This document shows, piece after piece, positions 18,718-26,395 of a DNA stretch of 26,499 nt. The stretch comes from a virus (lineage: Duplodnaviria > Caudoviricetes). Position numbers and translations under genes: made by a program. Location of the stretch: positions 1 through 26,499 of IMG/VR virus record IMGVR_UViG_3300020044_003482; one strand, written 5' to 3'. Below the pieces are notes generated by a model. The model saw only the letters and a list, made by a program, of their open reading frames with translations, was not told the DNA's origin and ran no database searches. Position 1 is the stretch's first letter, and the number at the start of each line of letters is the position of its first letter.

Positions 18718-19577
18718 GCCGCTTCACTTTTCTTTATACTAAAGGCTGAGATATATTCTGCAGCCTTGCTTGCCAATGATGCCGCACTAACAATAGCACT
18801 GCTGTTTTGTTTCATTATCTTTAGCCATCCATTAAGATATTTTGCATGATCATCACGCACATTGTTGGCAATGCCCCAATCTGCCGAGAGAAATGCAGCG
18901 CCAAGTTCAGCAACAAGTTCCTCATATGCATAGTTATCACTGCCATATTTCGTAGATAGTTCACGATTGAGGCGATCCTTTGCTCCAGTCCAATGGATCA
19001 ACTCATGGAATGTTGTCGAGTAAAAATGACCAGCACTATGGAATGTGTCAATATCTGGCATGAGTATCTTGTCTACAGATGGAATGTAACAAGCTGTCTC
19101 GCCACCATATGAAATGTTGGCATTGATTGCAGAAATAAACGACTCGATCTCCACATTGCGTTCATTGGCCCCTTCGCTATTTGGCGGCTTCGGGTCCAAT
19201 GCTCGCTCACCTTCCACTTGTTCTGCATTGAATACATATGATGTCGATGCAAAGACTACATTGCGTTTAGTGCCATCGTCTTGCTCTTTGTCTGATACAT
19301 TGTAGCGCAAGATAGGCGTACCCTTTGCGCCCTTCTTTACCTTGCAATCCATCATTGCCCATTGTTTGAACGTAGCCCAGCGCGTTGATGCAAAGCCATT
19401 GTTGATGCCACTGGCCCAACACATGAGGATGTTGGAGCCATTATATCTTTGCAGTGTGTAGGCATTGGTTGGAGTATGGAAGCCTGTCTTACGCCAAGGT
19501 GGACTCCATGTTCCTGCATCGTCGAGCATATTGATGAGCGTGTTTGTTACCTGCTGGTATGGGTTCAGCTTTTCCAT
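18714..19577 (-). CDS. ardC: ArdC-like antirestriction protein (ssDNA-binding domain plus zincin-like domain)
   Basis: YQQVTN, PWRK, PTNAYTLQRYNGSN, WATFKQW, VFNAEQVEG, HELIHWTG (HExxH), YAYEELVAELGAAFL. Confidence 0.88.
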   Translation of the reverse strand: MEKLNPYQQVTNTLINMLDDAGTWSPPWRKTGFHTPTNAYTLQRYNGSNILMCWASGINNGFASTRWATFKQWAMMDCKVKKGAKGTPILRYNVSDKEQDDGTKRNVVFASTSYVFNAEQVEGERALDPKPPNSEGANERNVEIESFISAINANISYGGETACYIPSVDKILMPDIDTFHSAGHFYSTTFHELIHWTGAKDRLNRELSTKYGSDNYAYEELVAELGAAFLSADWGIANNVRDDHAKYLNGWLKIMKQNSSAIVSAASLASKAAEYISAFSIKKSEAA

Positions 19578-19598
19578 TGTCTTCTCCTTTGTGTGGGT

Positions 19599-19616
19599 GG
19601 GGGGATTGCTCCCCCC
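19599..19616 (-). promoter_or_regulatory. GNRA-capped hairpin upstream of the ardC RBS
   Basis: Minus strand GGGGGGA-GCAA-TCCCCCC; no U tract on the coding strand. Confidence 0.5.
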
Positions 19617-19619
19617 TTG

Positions 19620-19811
19620 TTATACGATGTTATGCGATAGCGTTTTAATCGTCTTGCCTGAGTCAAGTTTCACATGGATTGATCGTGAAGTTATCTTTGA
19701 GATCGTTCCCATGCCTTTGTTTGGCTCGACATAAACACGCTGACCTTCTTCTAAAATCCTAAACGAACCGTTAGGATCTATGTCTGGTATAGTCATAACA
19801 ATATCCTGCAT
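19620..19811 (-). CDS. Hypothetical small beta-rich protein
   Basis: 63 aa; start overlaps the ssb stop (TAATG). Confidence 0.55.
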   Translation of the reverse strand: MQDIVMTIPDIDPNGSFRILEEGQRVYVEPNKGMGTISKITSRSIHVKLDSGKTIKTLSHNIV

Positions 19812-20200
19812 TAGAATGGTATATCCTCTGCTGTTACATTATCGCGTTGATCAGGCACAGACTCTCCACCTTCTGACTTGCCAAGCAAATGGACTTCGCC
19901 AGAGAAAGCGTTGACGATAATATCAACTGCCATCTTCTCTTGTCCGTTCTTATCCATATAGGTGCGCTTGCCTATGGTTCCTTCAACATAGACCTTGCTG
20001 CCTTTCTCAGCATACTTGTCAAGGAACTGTGCCTTCTTGTCATTGAAGCAAGTCACATCCCACCATGTTGTTGCCTTGCCATCTGTCTTTGACCAGCCTG
20101 TTGTTGCAACAGAAAATTTTGCAAACGATTTGCCATCGCTGCTTTGTTTGATCTCTGGCTTCTTGCCAATGTTGCCGACGAGTGTAATCTTAGCTAACAT
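19811..20200 (-). CDS. ssb: Single-stranded DNA-binding protein
   Basis: ITLVGNIGKKPE, FSVAT, KGSKVYVEG and acidic tail EDIPF. Confidence 0.95.
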   Translation of the reverse strand: MLAKITLVGNIGKKPEIKQSSDGKSFAKFSVATTGWSKTDGKATTWWDVTCFNDKKAQFLDKYAEKGSKVYVEGTIGKRTYMDKNGQEKMAVDIIVNAFSGEVHLLGKSEGGESVPDQRDNVTAEDIPF

Positions 20201-20768
20201 TTTTTAGTTCCTCTTGTTTTGCTGTATACTTCTGGCGCAGCATTGCCATCTCTGCCTTGCCCAAATGCTCGGCATTCGTTTTGATTTGCTTTGCTACATC
20301 GCTGAGATCGTCAGCCGTAGCGCAAAGACTGATTGCAACTTCGAGAGTTTCAGTCAGCATTTTATTATTGAACTGCGCATCTTGATCCTCATCTGGATCA
20401 TCGCCAGTCTCAAGGCCAAGCGTTTTGAGCAATGCATATTTGACAGCATATGACATTGCCTTGCCAGCTCCTTTGTCTTGATCGTCAATGCCATAGCCAA
20501 ACGACATGACATCAATGCAATCATCTGGATTGTCGATGTTAACAAAGCGCATCGTCATCAAGCAGTGTGTACGATTGCCGATCTGCTCATACTGGATATG
20601 AACAATATGATAGATGATTCCTTCTGCCAGTAGAGCAGGGCGCACCTTAGCTGTGACTGCATCATGCGATACAATCGAGTAACGCATACCCTGCTTCTTT
20701 TCTTTCTGGATATAATCGACCTTGCTCATTGCAGCAGCAAGACGCTGATGTAAATTCTTAGTAGTCAT
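20190..20768 (-). CDS. ERF-family single-strand annealing protein
   Basis: NLHQRLAAAM, GIDDQDKGAGKAMSYAVKYAL, ETGDDPD; located between yqaJ and ssb; start refined by GGAG RBS. Confidence 0.8.
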   Translation of the reverse strand: MTTKNLHQRLAAAMSKVDYIQKEKKQGMRYSIVSHDAVTAKVRPALLAEGIIYHIVHIQYEQIGNRTHCLMTMRFVNIDNPDDCIDVMSFGYGIDDQDKGAGKAMSYAVKYALLKTLGLETGDDPDEDQDAQFNNKMLTETLEVAISLCATADDLSDVAKQIKTNAEHLGKAEMAMLRQKYTAKQEELKNVS

Positions 20769-21006
20769 AGTCATCTCCAAATGCGTGTGATCCATAGTCC
20801 TCGTCTACTCCGAAGCCAGCAGATGCTAGTGCCGATGCATGATCTCCATCCGCATCGTCATCTACATCTGGCCCTTCATAGGTGTCTCGGTGTTCTTGCA
20901 GTTTCTTCATTATATCATTGCCAAGTTTGACAAGTTCTTTAACGTCAGAGAACAGCAACTCAGTTGCCATGTCCTCCAGATAAGCCTCCATTTCATTCAT
21001 TGTCAT
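20758..21006 (-). CDS. Hypothetical acidic protein
   Basis: 82 aa with DGDHASALASAGFGVDEDYG tail; overlaps neighbouring start and stop codons. Confidence 0.65.
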   Translation of the reverse strand: MTMNEMEAYLEDMATELLFSDVKELVKLGNDIMKKLQEHRDTYEGPDVDDDADGDHASALASAGFGVDEDYGSHAFGDDYDY

Positions 21007-21314
21007 TGTTTGTAATCCTTATGAATCCAGACAGTATGCTCTCTGCCATATGTATCATCTGCATGTTTGCGAGTTGTACCAGAGTTAACAATGATACCTT
21101 GTCTTGTTGCCTCTGATCTCCTTGCTCGATAGGTGGATTTGATTGTTTTAAAATGTTCATTCATTTCAACATCCGTAAACCCATTCGGCCCCACCTTTAA
21201 TGCATAATCAATGATGCGATTATGAAAGACTGATAGGTGAGGATAGATTGCTTCTGCTGCCATGATGCTGGTAGGTTCAGCATGTCTACGATAGAGTTTG
21301 AATGACTCATCCAT
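21003..21314 (-). CDS. Hypothetical protein, possibly winged-helix DNA-binding
   Basis: AAGGAG RBS before ATG 21314; GFTDVEM...RARRSEA...VNSGTTR...VW. Confidence 0.6.
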   Translation of the reverse strand: MDESFKLYRRHAEPTSIMAAEAIYPHLSVFHNRIIDYALKVGPNGFTDVEMNEHFKTIKSTYRARRSEATRQGIIVNSGTTRKHADDTYGREHTVWIHKDYKQ

Positions 21315-22125
21315 CTTGCTTCTCCTTGGCTGCTCTGATGGATACACGACCACGTTTGTCACGCTTGGCTATAATGCCAACGCCATAGGCTTCACCTACA
21401 TTGTCGGCAATCAGGCCACGCAATGTTTCTTTTGCTGCGTCATGTTTCTTTGATGCATTGATAGTCTCTGCATAGTCGATGGCTGCGCTTGTCCATTCAT
21501 TATTGTTTTCCATATCGACAACAATCAGATTATCTACTGGAATAAGTTCAACGGACTTTTCGATGCGCTGGAGTTCTGCGTTTGGGATAATCTCAGGCTC
21601 GACTTTATTCTGAAGATGCCACCAGAAAGCCTTCTCCATTTTGAACAACTGAAGCTGATAGTCTGGATCATAATCAACACGAATCATGTTTGGTTCTGTG
21701 TTGCCGCAGATAACACTGAACATGCAGTGTCTCTTCTTAGTCACCATCATATAGTGTTGAAGTTGTGGCATATAGTAACGCGCTTTCTCGTAGCTATTGG
21801 CATGGCTACCAGAGTGCTTGACCTCGATGAATGTATCTTCTGACTTAATCCAGCCGTCAAGATGGGCAAACATCCAAGGCTCATCTTCATGTTCGATGCG
21901 GCCCATGCACACATCAATCTCGATATTGTTTTGACGTGCAAGCCATTGAACATGAAAGGATTCTGTCCAGATTCCAAGTTGGACTTTGAATACATTTGAC
22001 AGATCTTCTGGTTCTTTCTGTCCTGTCTTCTCAAGATAGAGTGCGTTCCAATCGCCAGCCATAATGCGCATTGCATCTGAACCACCGATCCCATTTGAAC
22101 GGTCCATAAGTTTAACCATAGTCAT
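21307..22125 (-). CDS. YqaJ / lambda-exonuclease-family recombination nuclease
   Basis: RSNGIGGSDA, LYLEKTG, AHLDG, IEVK, QLQHYM; AAAGGAG RBS before ATG 22125. Confidence 0.9.
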   Translation of the reverse strand: MTMVKLMDRSNGIGGSDAMRIMAGDWNALYLEKTGQKEPEDLSNVFKVQLGIWTESFHVQWLARQNNIEIDVCMGRIEHEDEPWMFAHLDGWIKSEDTFIEVKHSGSHANSYEKARYYMPQLQHYMMVTKKRHCMFSVICGNTEPNMIRVDYDPDYQLQLFKMEKAFWWHLQNKVEPEIIPNAELQRIEKSVELIPVDNLIVVDMENNNEWTSAAIDYAETINASKKHDAAKETLRGLIADNVGEAYGVGIIAKRDKRGRVSIRAAKEKQDG

Positions 22126-22149
22126 TGCTCTCCTTTGTTTATTGTGTGT

Positions 22150-22179
22150 ATTGTGTAGCATAAATGCAGTTGTGTCAAT
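22150..22179 (-). promoter_or_regulatory. Putative sigma70 promoter of the recombination operon with an operator in its spacer
   Basis: Minus strand TTGACA-N17-CACAAT; spacer holds ACTGC-ATTTAT-GCTAC (22155-22170). Confidence 0.55.
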
Positions 22180-22669
22180 CAAGTTTCTTTAGTCGTTTAA
22201 GATTATTCTCTGCTGTTATAAAACGTTTGACCCATATATCGAGTCGATCTGTTATAGGTGCAGCAGCCGTCATGAACTCTGCAATTAATGGCATGTTAGG
22301 CCACTTATGTTCACGACATATCTTACGACATGCTTCCTTGAATGAGATAGATGGGACTGTTTGCAATGATTGCAGATAGATCTGATAACCCAAGCCATCA
22401 GGAACTTGCGCTCTGAACACTCGTGCTATTGCTTGCAATGATTGATCAATCTCATCTGTCGAAGCTGGATCTTGGAGCCGCCTCATAGAGAGGACGGCGG
22501 CGACAAGAGACTGCTCGACTTCATTAATGTCTGCTTCTTCTGGCAGACTATATTTCATATTGAGATAGGTAACTATGTAGTTTAGTTCGTCTGATATGAT
22601 AGTCTTTAACCAGTCTGGTACGGGAACCATATAATTAATTGGATCCCTATTCGCATATAGATCAGTCAT
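22175..22669 (-). CDS. Hypothetical protein, possibly replication accessory
   Basis: 164 aa; GGAG RBS; C-terminal YLQSL...EAC...KWPNMPLIAEF recalls proteins of phage replication modules (weak). Confidence 0.65.
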   Translation of the reverse strand: MTDLYANRDPINYMVPVPDWLKTIISDELNYIVTYLNMKYSLPEEADINEVEQSLVAAVLSMRRLQDPASTDEIDQSLQAIARVFRAQVPDGLGYQIYLQSLQTVPSISFKEACRKICREHKWPNMPLIAEFMTAAAPITDRLDIWVKRFITAENNLKRLKKLD

Positions 22670-22677
22670 ATATTCTC

Positions 22678-23094
22678 CTATGGTATTTTATCTATCCAAG
22701 TCTCTACCTTTCCTGCTGGAATCTCATTGATCTGCAACTCATAGATTGCTTCAACAAGTTTCTTCTTCATCGTGTAGACATCTGTGATCATACCTTTCAC
22801 ATCTTCCACAATGATATAACTAATGCCCCCAGTATCAGACAGTACAGCATAACGGAAATCAGCGCGATAGTTAGCAATGTGCTTACCCTTAATCATGATT
22901 TGATAAGTAGGTTGAAGTTCTAATCTACTTATCTTCCCTTGTTCTTCCATTGCTATCAGTTGCAGATACCGCTTACCTTCTGCACCAGACGCAAACCAAT
23001 GCCCATTAATATGTTCACCTTGAGCATTATATTTACCTTTGCGAGGACTTACTGCTGGCACTTTTTTGTTAACAGATCCTTTAGGACGGGCCAT
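22678..23094 (-). CDS. DUF1064-like PD-(D/E)xK endonuclease
   Basis: KYNA, FASGAEGKRY, LELQPTY, YRADFRY, IVEDVKG. Confidence 0.85.
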   Translation of the reverse strand: MARPKGSVNKKVPAVSPRKGKYNAQGEHINGHWFASGAEGKRYLQLIAMEEQGKISRLELQPTYQIMIKGKHIANYRADFRYAVLSDTGGISYIIVEDVKGMITDVYTMKKKLVEAIYELQINEIPAGKVETWIDKIP

Positions 23095-23325
23095 TTAATT
23101 TACCTTCTGAGTAACAAGTTTCAAATCAAGAGCTGCGCACCAGCACATTATGTAGAAAGATGATGGCAATCTGACACCACTTTCCCACTTGCTGACTAGC
23201 CCACTTGAAACACCAATGTCATTGTTCAATTCTTCCTGACTTAATCCCTGTCTCTCTCGCTCACGAATGAGTTCAGTTATTAGATCTTTATAGAATGATT
23301 GTTCAACTATTGTTGGCGTTCTCAT
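23095..23325 (-). CDS. XRE-family HTH regulator
   Basis: RERQGLSQEELNNDIGVSSGLVSKWESGVRLPS; start refined to MRTPT. Confidence 0.85.
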   Translation of the reverse strand: MRTPTIVEQSFYKDLITELIRERERQGLSQEELNNDIGVSSGLVSKWESGVRLPSSFYIMCWCAALDLKLVTQKVN

Positions 23326-23527
23326 TGATACTTTCTTTGGCCTTTTGATGCAGTTCTTCCAGAGCGCGAGAGACTTTGAGTGCTGTTCCGAGTCGCATAT
23401 CTTGTCCATGTTTCACCCTGTAGAATGTGCTATCTGGTACTCCTGCTAACTTGAATGCAGACTTTAGGTCTACATTATATTGGTAGGCTTTTAGTTCTAA
23501 CTGAAGAACGTATGAGTTAATTAGCAT
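23303..23527 (-). CDS. Cro-like HTH regulator
   Basis: LKSAFKLAGVPDSTFYRVKHGQDMRLGTALKV; GGAGG RBS; first gene after an operator-bearing promoter. Confidence 0.7.
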   Translation of the reverse strand: MLINSYVLQLELKAYQYNVDLKSAFKLAGVPDSTFYRVKHGQDMRLGTALKVSRALEELHQKAKESINENANNS

Positions 23528-23537
23528 AGTCACCTCC

Positions 23538-23575
23538 ACTGCGATAATGCTACTGCACTACCGCAGTGAAGGCAA
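23538..23575 (-). promoter_or_regulatory. Putative sigma70 promoter with two tandem operators
   Basis: Minus strand TTGCCT (23575-23570)-N17-TAGCAT (23552-23547); ACTGC-N6-GC sites at 23538-23553 and 23552-23567. Confidence 0.65.
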
Positions 23576-23581
23576 GAGATA

Positions 23582-23875
23582 TTATTCTGCTGCTTCTTTC
23601 TCTTCGACCACATCAAGCATTGAGCGGATCTTTTCTTCTCGGTCGAACTCTCCTTTGACAATCATATCTGTGATCTCAAGTGATGTTGCCAACTTGATTT
23701 GCGGTGGTGGAACTGGCTTGCCATCCTTCTTGGTTTTAAGAAGCGTTCCCCATCCTTCCTCATGAAACATTGTCTCATGATTGAACAGCAAATTAAATGC
23801 TGCAACATTCTCTGGTGTAAACTCAACGACTGCTTTGTCTGACCAATAGGTGCTGATGATCATATAGGTTTTCAT
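23582..23875 (-). CDS. Hypothetical protein
   Basis: 97 aa; CAGGAGAA RBS. Confidence 0.7.
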   Translation of the reverse strand: MKTYMIISTYWSDKAVVEFTPENVAAFNLLFNHETMFHEEGWGTLLKTKKDGKPVPPPQIKLATSLEITDMIVKGEFDREEKIRSMLDVVEEKEAAE

Positions 23876-23901
23876 TTTAGTTCTCCTGTTTGTTTGATTG
23901 A

Positions 23902-24240
23902 TTAACCGAAGCTGATACGAACACTTGTTCCATCAAGCAAGGCTTCGACATTGATACTCTCGACTTCTTCTGATGCAATCTCGCGGATCTTATCATCGAA
24001 ATCATAGTCGTTGATTTCTTCTTGGCAGATCTCGCGTATCCTGTCTTCTCCAAGATAACTATCCTCAACCACCTCCTTTACATAGAGCAAGATTGTTTCT
24101 TTAATATCAATCTCGTCTGTCATCACCTTACTCTTGAGTTGGTTGCGAACAACCTCGTCAATATATTTTTTGATGTAGAACATTGCTTCACCGACGATAA
24201 CATTTTCGCGGTGTAGTTTTTCTTCACGATCATTAGTCAT
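23902..24240 (-). CDS. Hypothetical acidic protein
   Basis: Asp/Glu-rich with IREICQEEI/IREIASEEV internal repeat; AAGGTG RBS before ATG 24240. Confidence 0.7.
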   Translation of the reverse strand: MTNDREEKLHRENVIVGEAMFYIKKYIDEVVRNQLKSKVMTDEIDIKETILLYVKEVVEDSYLGEDRIREICQEEINDYDFDDKIREIASEEVESINVEALLDGTSVRISFG

Positions 24241-24454
24241 TGTCTTCACCTTTCATGAGTTTGATAATCTGTTCCAGTGTGCTGGTATCATAATTCTCGA
24301 AGCGTTCTTCCATATCTTCTCGGACCCATTGATAGAAGTCTTTGTCACTCATGGACGTAAGCACTTCGAACTCTTTCTTTGTCAGCCAATCAATACATTC
24401 TTGGCGAATGTTATGTTCAAGATCCTGACCTTCTGATCGCATAACGATAATCAT
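24233..24454 (-). CDS. Hypothetical protein
   Basis: 73 aa; GAGGAGG RBS. Confidence 0.7.
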   Translation of the reverse strand: MIIVMRSEGQDLEHNIRQECIDWLTKKEFEVLTSMSDKDFYQWVREDMEERFENYDTSTLEQIIKLMKGEDND

Positions 24455-24464
24455 TATTGCCTCC

Positions 24465-24548
24465 TCATGGTAAGAGTAGATAGTAATCTATGGCAACGCT
24501 GATGAGATATAACCACATCAGCATACTCAACATCTCAAATATATTCAT
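24465..24548 (-). CDS. Putative 27-aa hydrophobic peptide
   Basis: MNIFEMLSMLMWLYLISVAIDYYLLLP; GGAG upstream; fills the gap. Confidence 0.35.
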   Translation of the reverse strand: MNIFEMLSMLMWLYLISVAIDYYLLLP

Positions 24549-24660
24549 AGCCATTCTCCATATAATCCAATGCTTCTTCGAGCATGAAGTTCATCTCACG
24601 TTCAGTAATAATGCCACTTACATAAAGCATGTAAGCATGATTAAACATATCAGATTTCAT
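24535..24660 (-). CDS. Hypothetical 41-aa protein (not in the ORF track)
   Basis: MKSDMFNHAYMLYVSGIITEREMNFMLEEALDYMENGYEYI; CAGGAGAA RBS. Confidence 0.55.
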   Translation of the reverse strand: MKSDMFNHAYMLYVSGIITEREMNFMLEEALDYMENGYEYI

Positions 24661-24816
24661 ATCAATTCTCCTGTTTGGTTTTGTTTACTGCTGCCAGCTT
24701 TTAGTAGTCAGCTTTTTTGAAGCGCAGTTGTATGTGACTCACCAAAAGCCCCTTCCTTTCGCGGCTTAGAAGAGCGCCTGTGTTGACCAGTCTCTCTCTA
24801 CACGAGCGATAGCGGA

Positions 24817-24855
24817 ACAAGAAAAAAGGTGAGCGCCCTGTCGAGAGCGCCCACC
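24817..24855 (-). terminator. Rho-independent terminator after the first leftward gene
   Basis: Minus strand GGTGGGCGCTCT-CGAC-AGGGCGCTCACC then TTTTTTCTTGTT. Confidence 0.85.
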
Positions 24856-24863
24856 TCGTTAAG

Positions 24864-25403
24864 TCAGAGTGTGCCGTTCGAGCGGCGTGGTTCAAACGAG
24901 ACACCTAACATATTCGCTAACTCGGAAGCTGCTGTAGATGTCTGTTTGGTCGTGGTCGGAGTCTTGAAGTTAACTGGTGCATTGTAAGTGAAGGGTTTGT
25001 CAGAGAGCAGATCATGGCGCTCAACCAACTTCTTCAGCGCCAACTCTGCTGCGTGTTTGCAATCTTGGATGCGAGTCAGTTTGTCTTTGACCCGTGTAAA
25101 GTTCCCTTCCCAGATCTCGACTCCGTTCTGTGCCTGTTCAATCAGGTTCTTGGCTTCGACCTTCAGTGCATCTTCTTGGTCGTCGAAGTAGCGGATCTGC
25201 TTGGTCAGGTTGTAGCACATGCCATTCAAGACCGAGATCTGTGTAAACTCAAGACCGTTGTAGTTCTGGATAACTCCCTGCTTATCTGTGTATTGGACTG
25301 GATAAGAGAAGAAGCTATTGAGGCTGATGATTACGTTGTCGAGCAGTTGTTCAGCGGTGTTCGTGGTTGCTACTGCGTTCTTCTGTGCTGATTTCTTAGT
25401 CAT
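24864..25403 (-). CDS. Hypothetical protein, first gene of the leftward arm (179 aa)
   Basis: CAGGAGAGAG RBS before ATG 25403 (MTKKSAQKN...); terminator directly downstream. Confidence 0.75.
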   Translation of the reverse strand: MTKKSAQKNAVATTNTAEQLLDNVIISLNSFFSYPVQYTDKQGVIQNYNGLEFTQISVLNGMCYNLTKQIRYFDDQEDALKVEAKNLIEQAQNGVEIWEGNFTRVKDKLTRIQDCKHAAELALKKLVERHDLLSDKPFTYNAPVNFKTPTTTKQTSTAASELANMLGVSFEPRRSNGTL

Positions 25404-25412
25404 GATACTCTC
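25380..25412 (-). repeat. Left copy of a 33-nt inverted repeat (partner 26443-26475)
   Basis: GAGAGTATCATGACTAAGAAATCAGCACAGAAG; 31/33 identical to the right copy. Confidence 0.9.
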
Positions 25413-25465
25413 TCCTGTGTTAGCGAACCAGATCATCTAGTTCTTCTTACTAACACCTTCCCCAT

Positions 25466-25716
25466 TAAAACGGGGACCCACCAACCATCAAGGATCCAAG
25501 ATAAAGTTTGCGATAGCTTGAAGAGTCCCTATGTAGGCGAGATGAGCTGTCGGATACTCGCAATACTCCCCATGCTCGGTCGGCCAAGAAAGAGGCCGCC
25601 CTGTGCGTGGGTCCGTGTTGCTCCGTGTCCGCCATCTCACTACGCCAGTAAACTTTTTCTTGGCCCGTAGGCTCGCTTCGCTCGTCCTTGACGGTCGGTC
25701 CCCCCCGTTTTATTAT
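25466..25716 (+). promoter_or_regulatory. Long imperfect fold-back carrying a sigma70 promoter in one arm (Frpo/sso-like)
   Basis: Eight nested complementary segments; TTGACG (25688-25693)-N17-TATTAT (25711-25716) lies in the 3' arm. The structure is observed; the function is inferred. Confidence 0.65.
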
Positions 25717-25940
25717 TGAAATTAGTGGAGGAAAATCATAGGGGTCACGTCAGTCACAGTCGAGCGCCAGCGAGACCGAGCGTAACAGCGAGTAGTAACT
25801 CTTTAATCAATAACTCTAATAGGTGGTCGACGGATCGGTAAACCCGTTGTTCTTCACTGGTCTGATAGATTTATGTAGTGAAACAGGGCTTGTCGTTCAT
25901 GCTTCTGTGGACCATACCCCGTTTTAAGTAGATCTACGTA

Positions 25941-25969
25941 TTGACACCCTTTTTTGTGGTGAGTACTCT
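25941..25969 (+). promoter_or_regulatory. Putative sigma70 promoter for terS
   Basis: TTGACA-N17-TACTCT, 33 nt before the ATG; AAGGA RBS. Confidence 0.6.
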
Positions 25970-26002
25970 ATATACAGATGAGAGAAAGAAAAGGACTTAA
26001 AC

Positions 26003-26395
26003 ATGGGCCGTGTAGTGGCTAACGTGTCTACACCCAGTGGTGATCTGACGCTAAAGCAGGATGCCTTCGTCGATGCGTATGTAGCAAATGGTGGGCAAGG
26101 AACACAGGCTGCAAAGGATGCGGGTTACAGTGAGTCTGGATGCCATGTTGAAGCGAACAGGTTGCTGAAGAATCCCCTGATTATTCAAGAGGTTCATCGC
26201 AGAACGGTCATGGCTATAGGAGCGGCGTTACCAAGTGCTCTGAAGACGATAACCAGATTGTCGAGCGGTGCTAAGAGCGAGTATGTGCAGCTAGAAGCAT
26301 CCCGTGATCTGCTTGATCGTGCTGGTATGAGAGCGGCTCAGCGGATAGATCACCGTGTTGATGGTGAGTTACGTGTGAGTATAGACCTGTCGTGA
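26003..26395 (+). CDS. terS: Terminase small subunit
   Basis: LTLKQDAFVDAYV...GTQAAKDAGYS...ANRLLKNP HTH; QLEASRDLLDRAG. Confidence 0.85.
   Translation: MGRVVANVSTPSGDLTLKQDAFVDAYVANGGQGTQAAKDAGYSESGCHVEANRLLKNPLIIQEVHRRTVMAIGAALPSALKTITRLSSGAKSEYVQLEASRDLLDRAGMRAAQRIDHRVDGELRVSIDLS

Noticed and set aside
24661-24816. Possible tRNA or ncRNA in the intergenic gap
   Set aside because: No cloverleaf, T-loop motif or convincing stems seen
24701-25391. ORFs 24701-24904 (-), 24988-25191 (+) and 25014-25391 (+)
   Set aside because: They cross a terminator or lie antisense to the RBS-supported gene at 24864-25403
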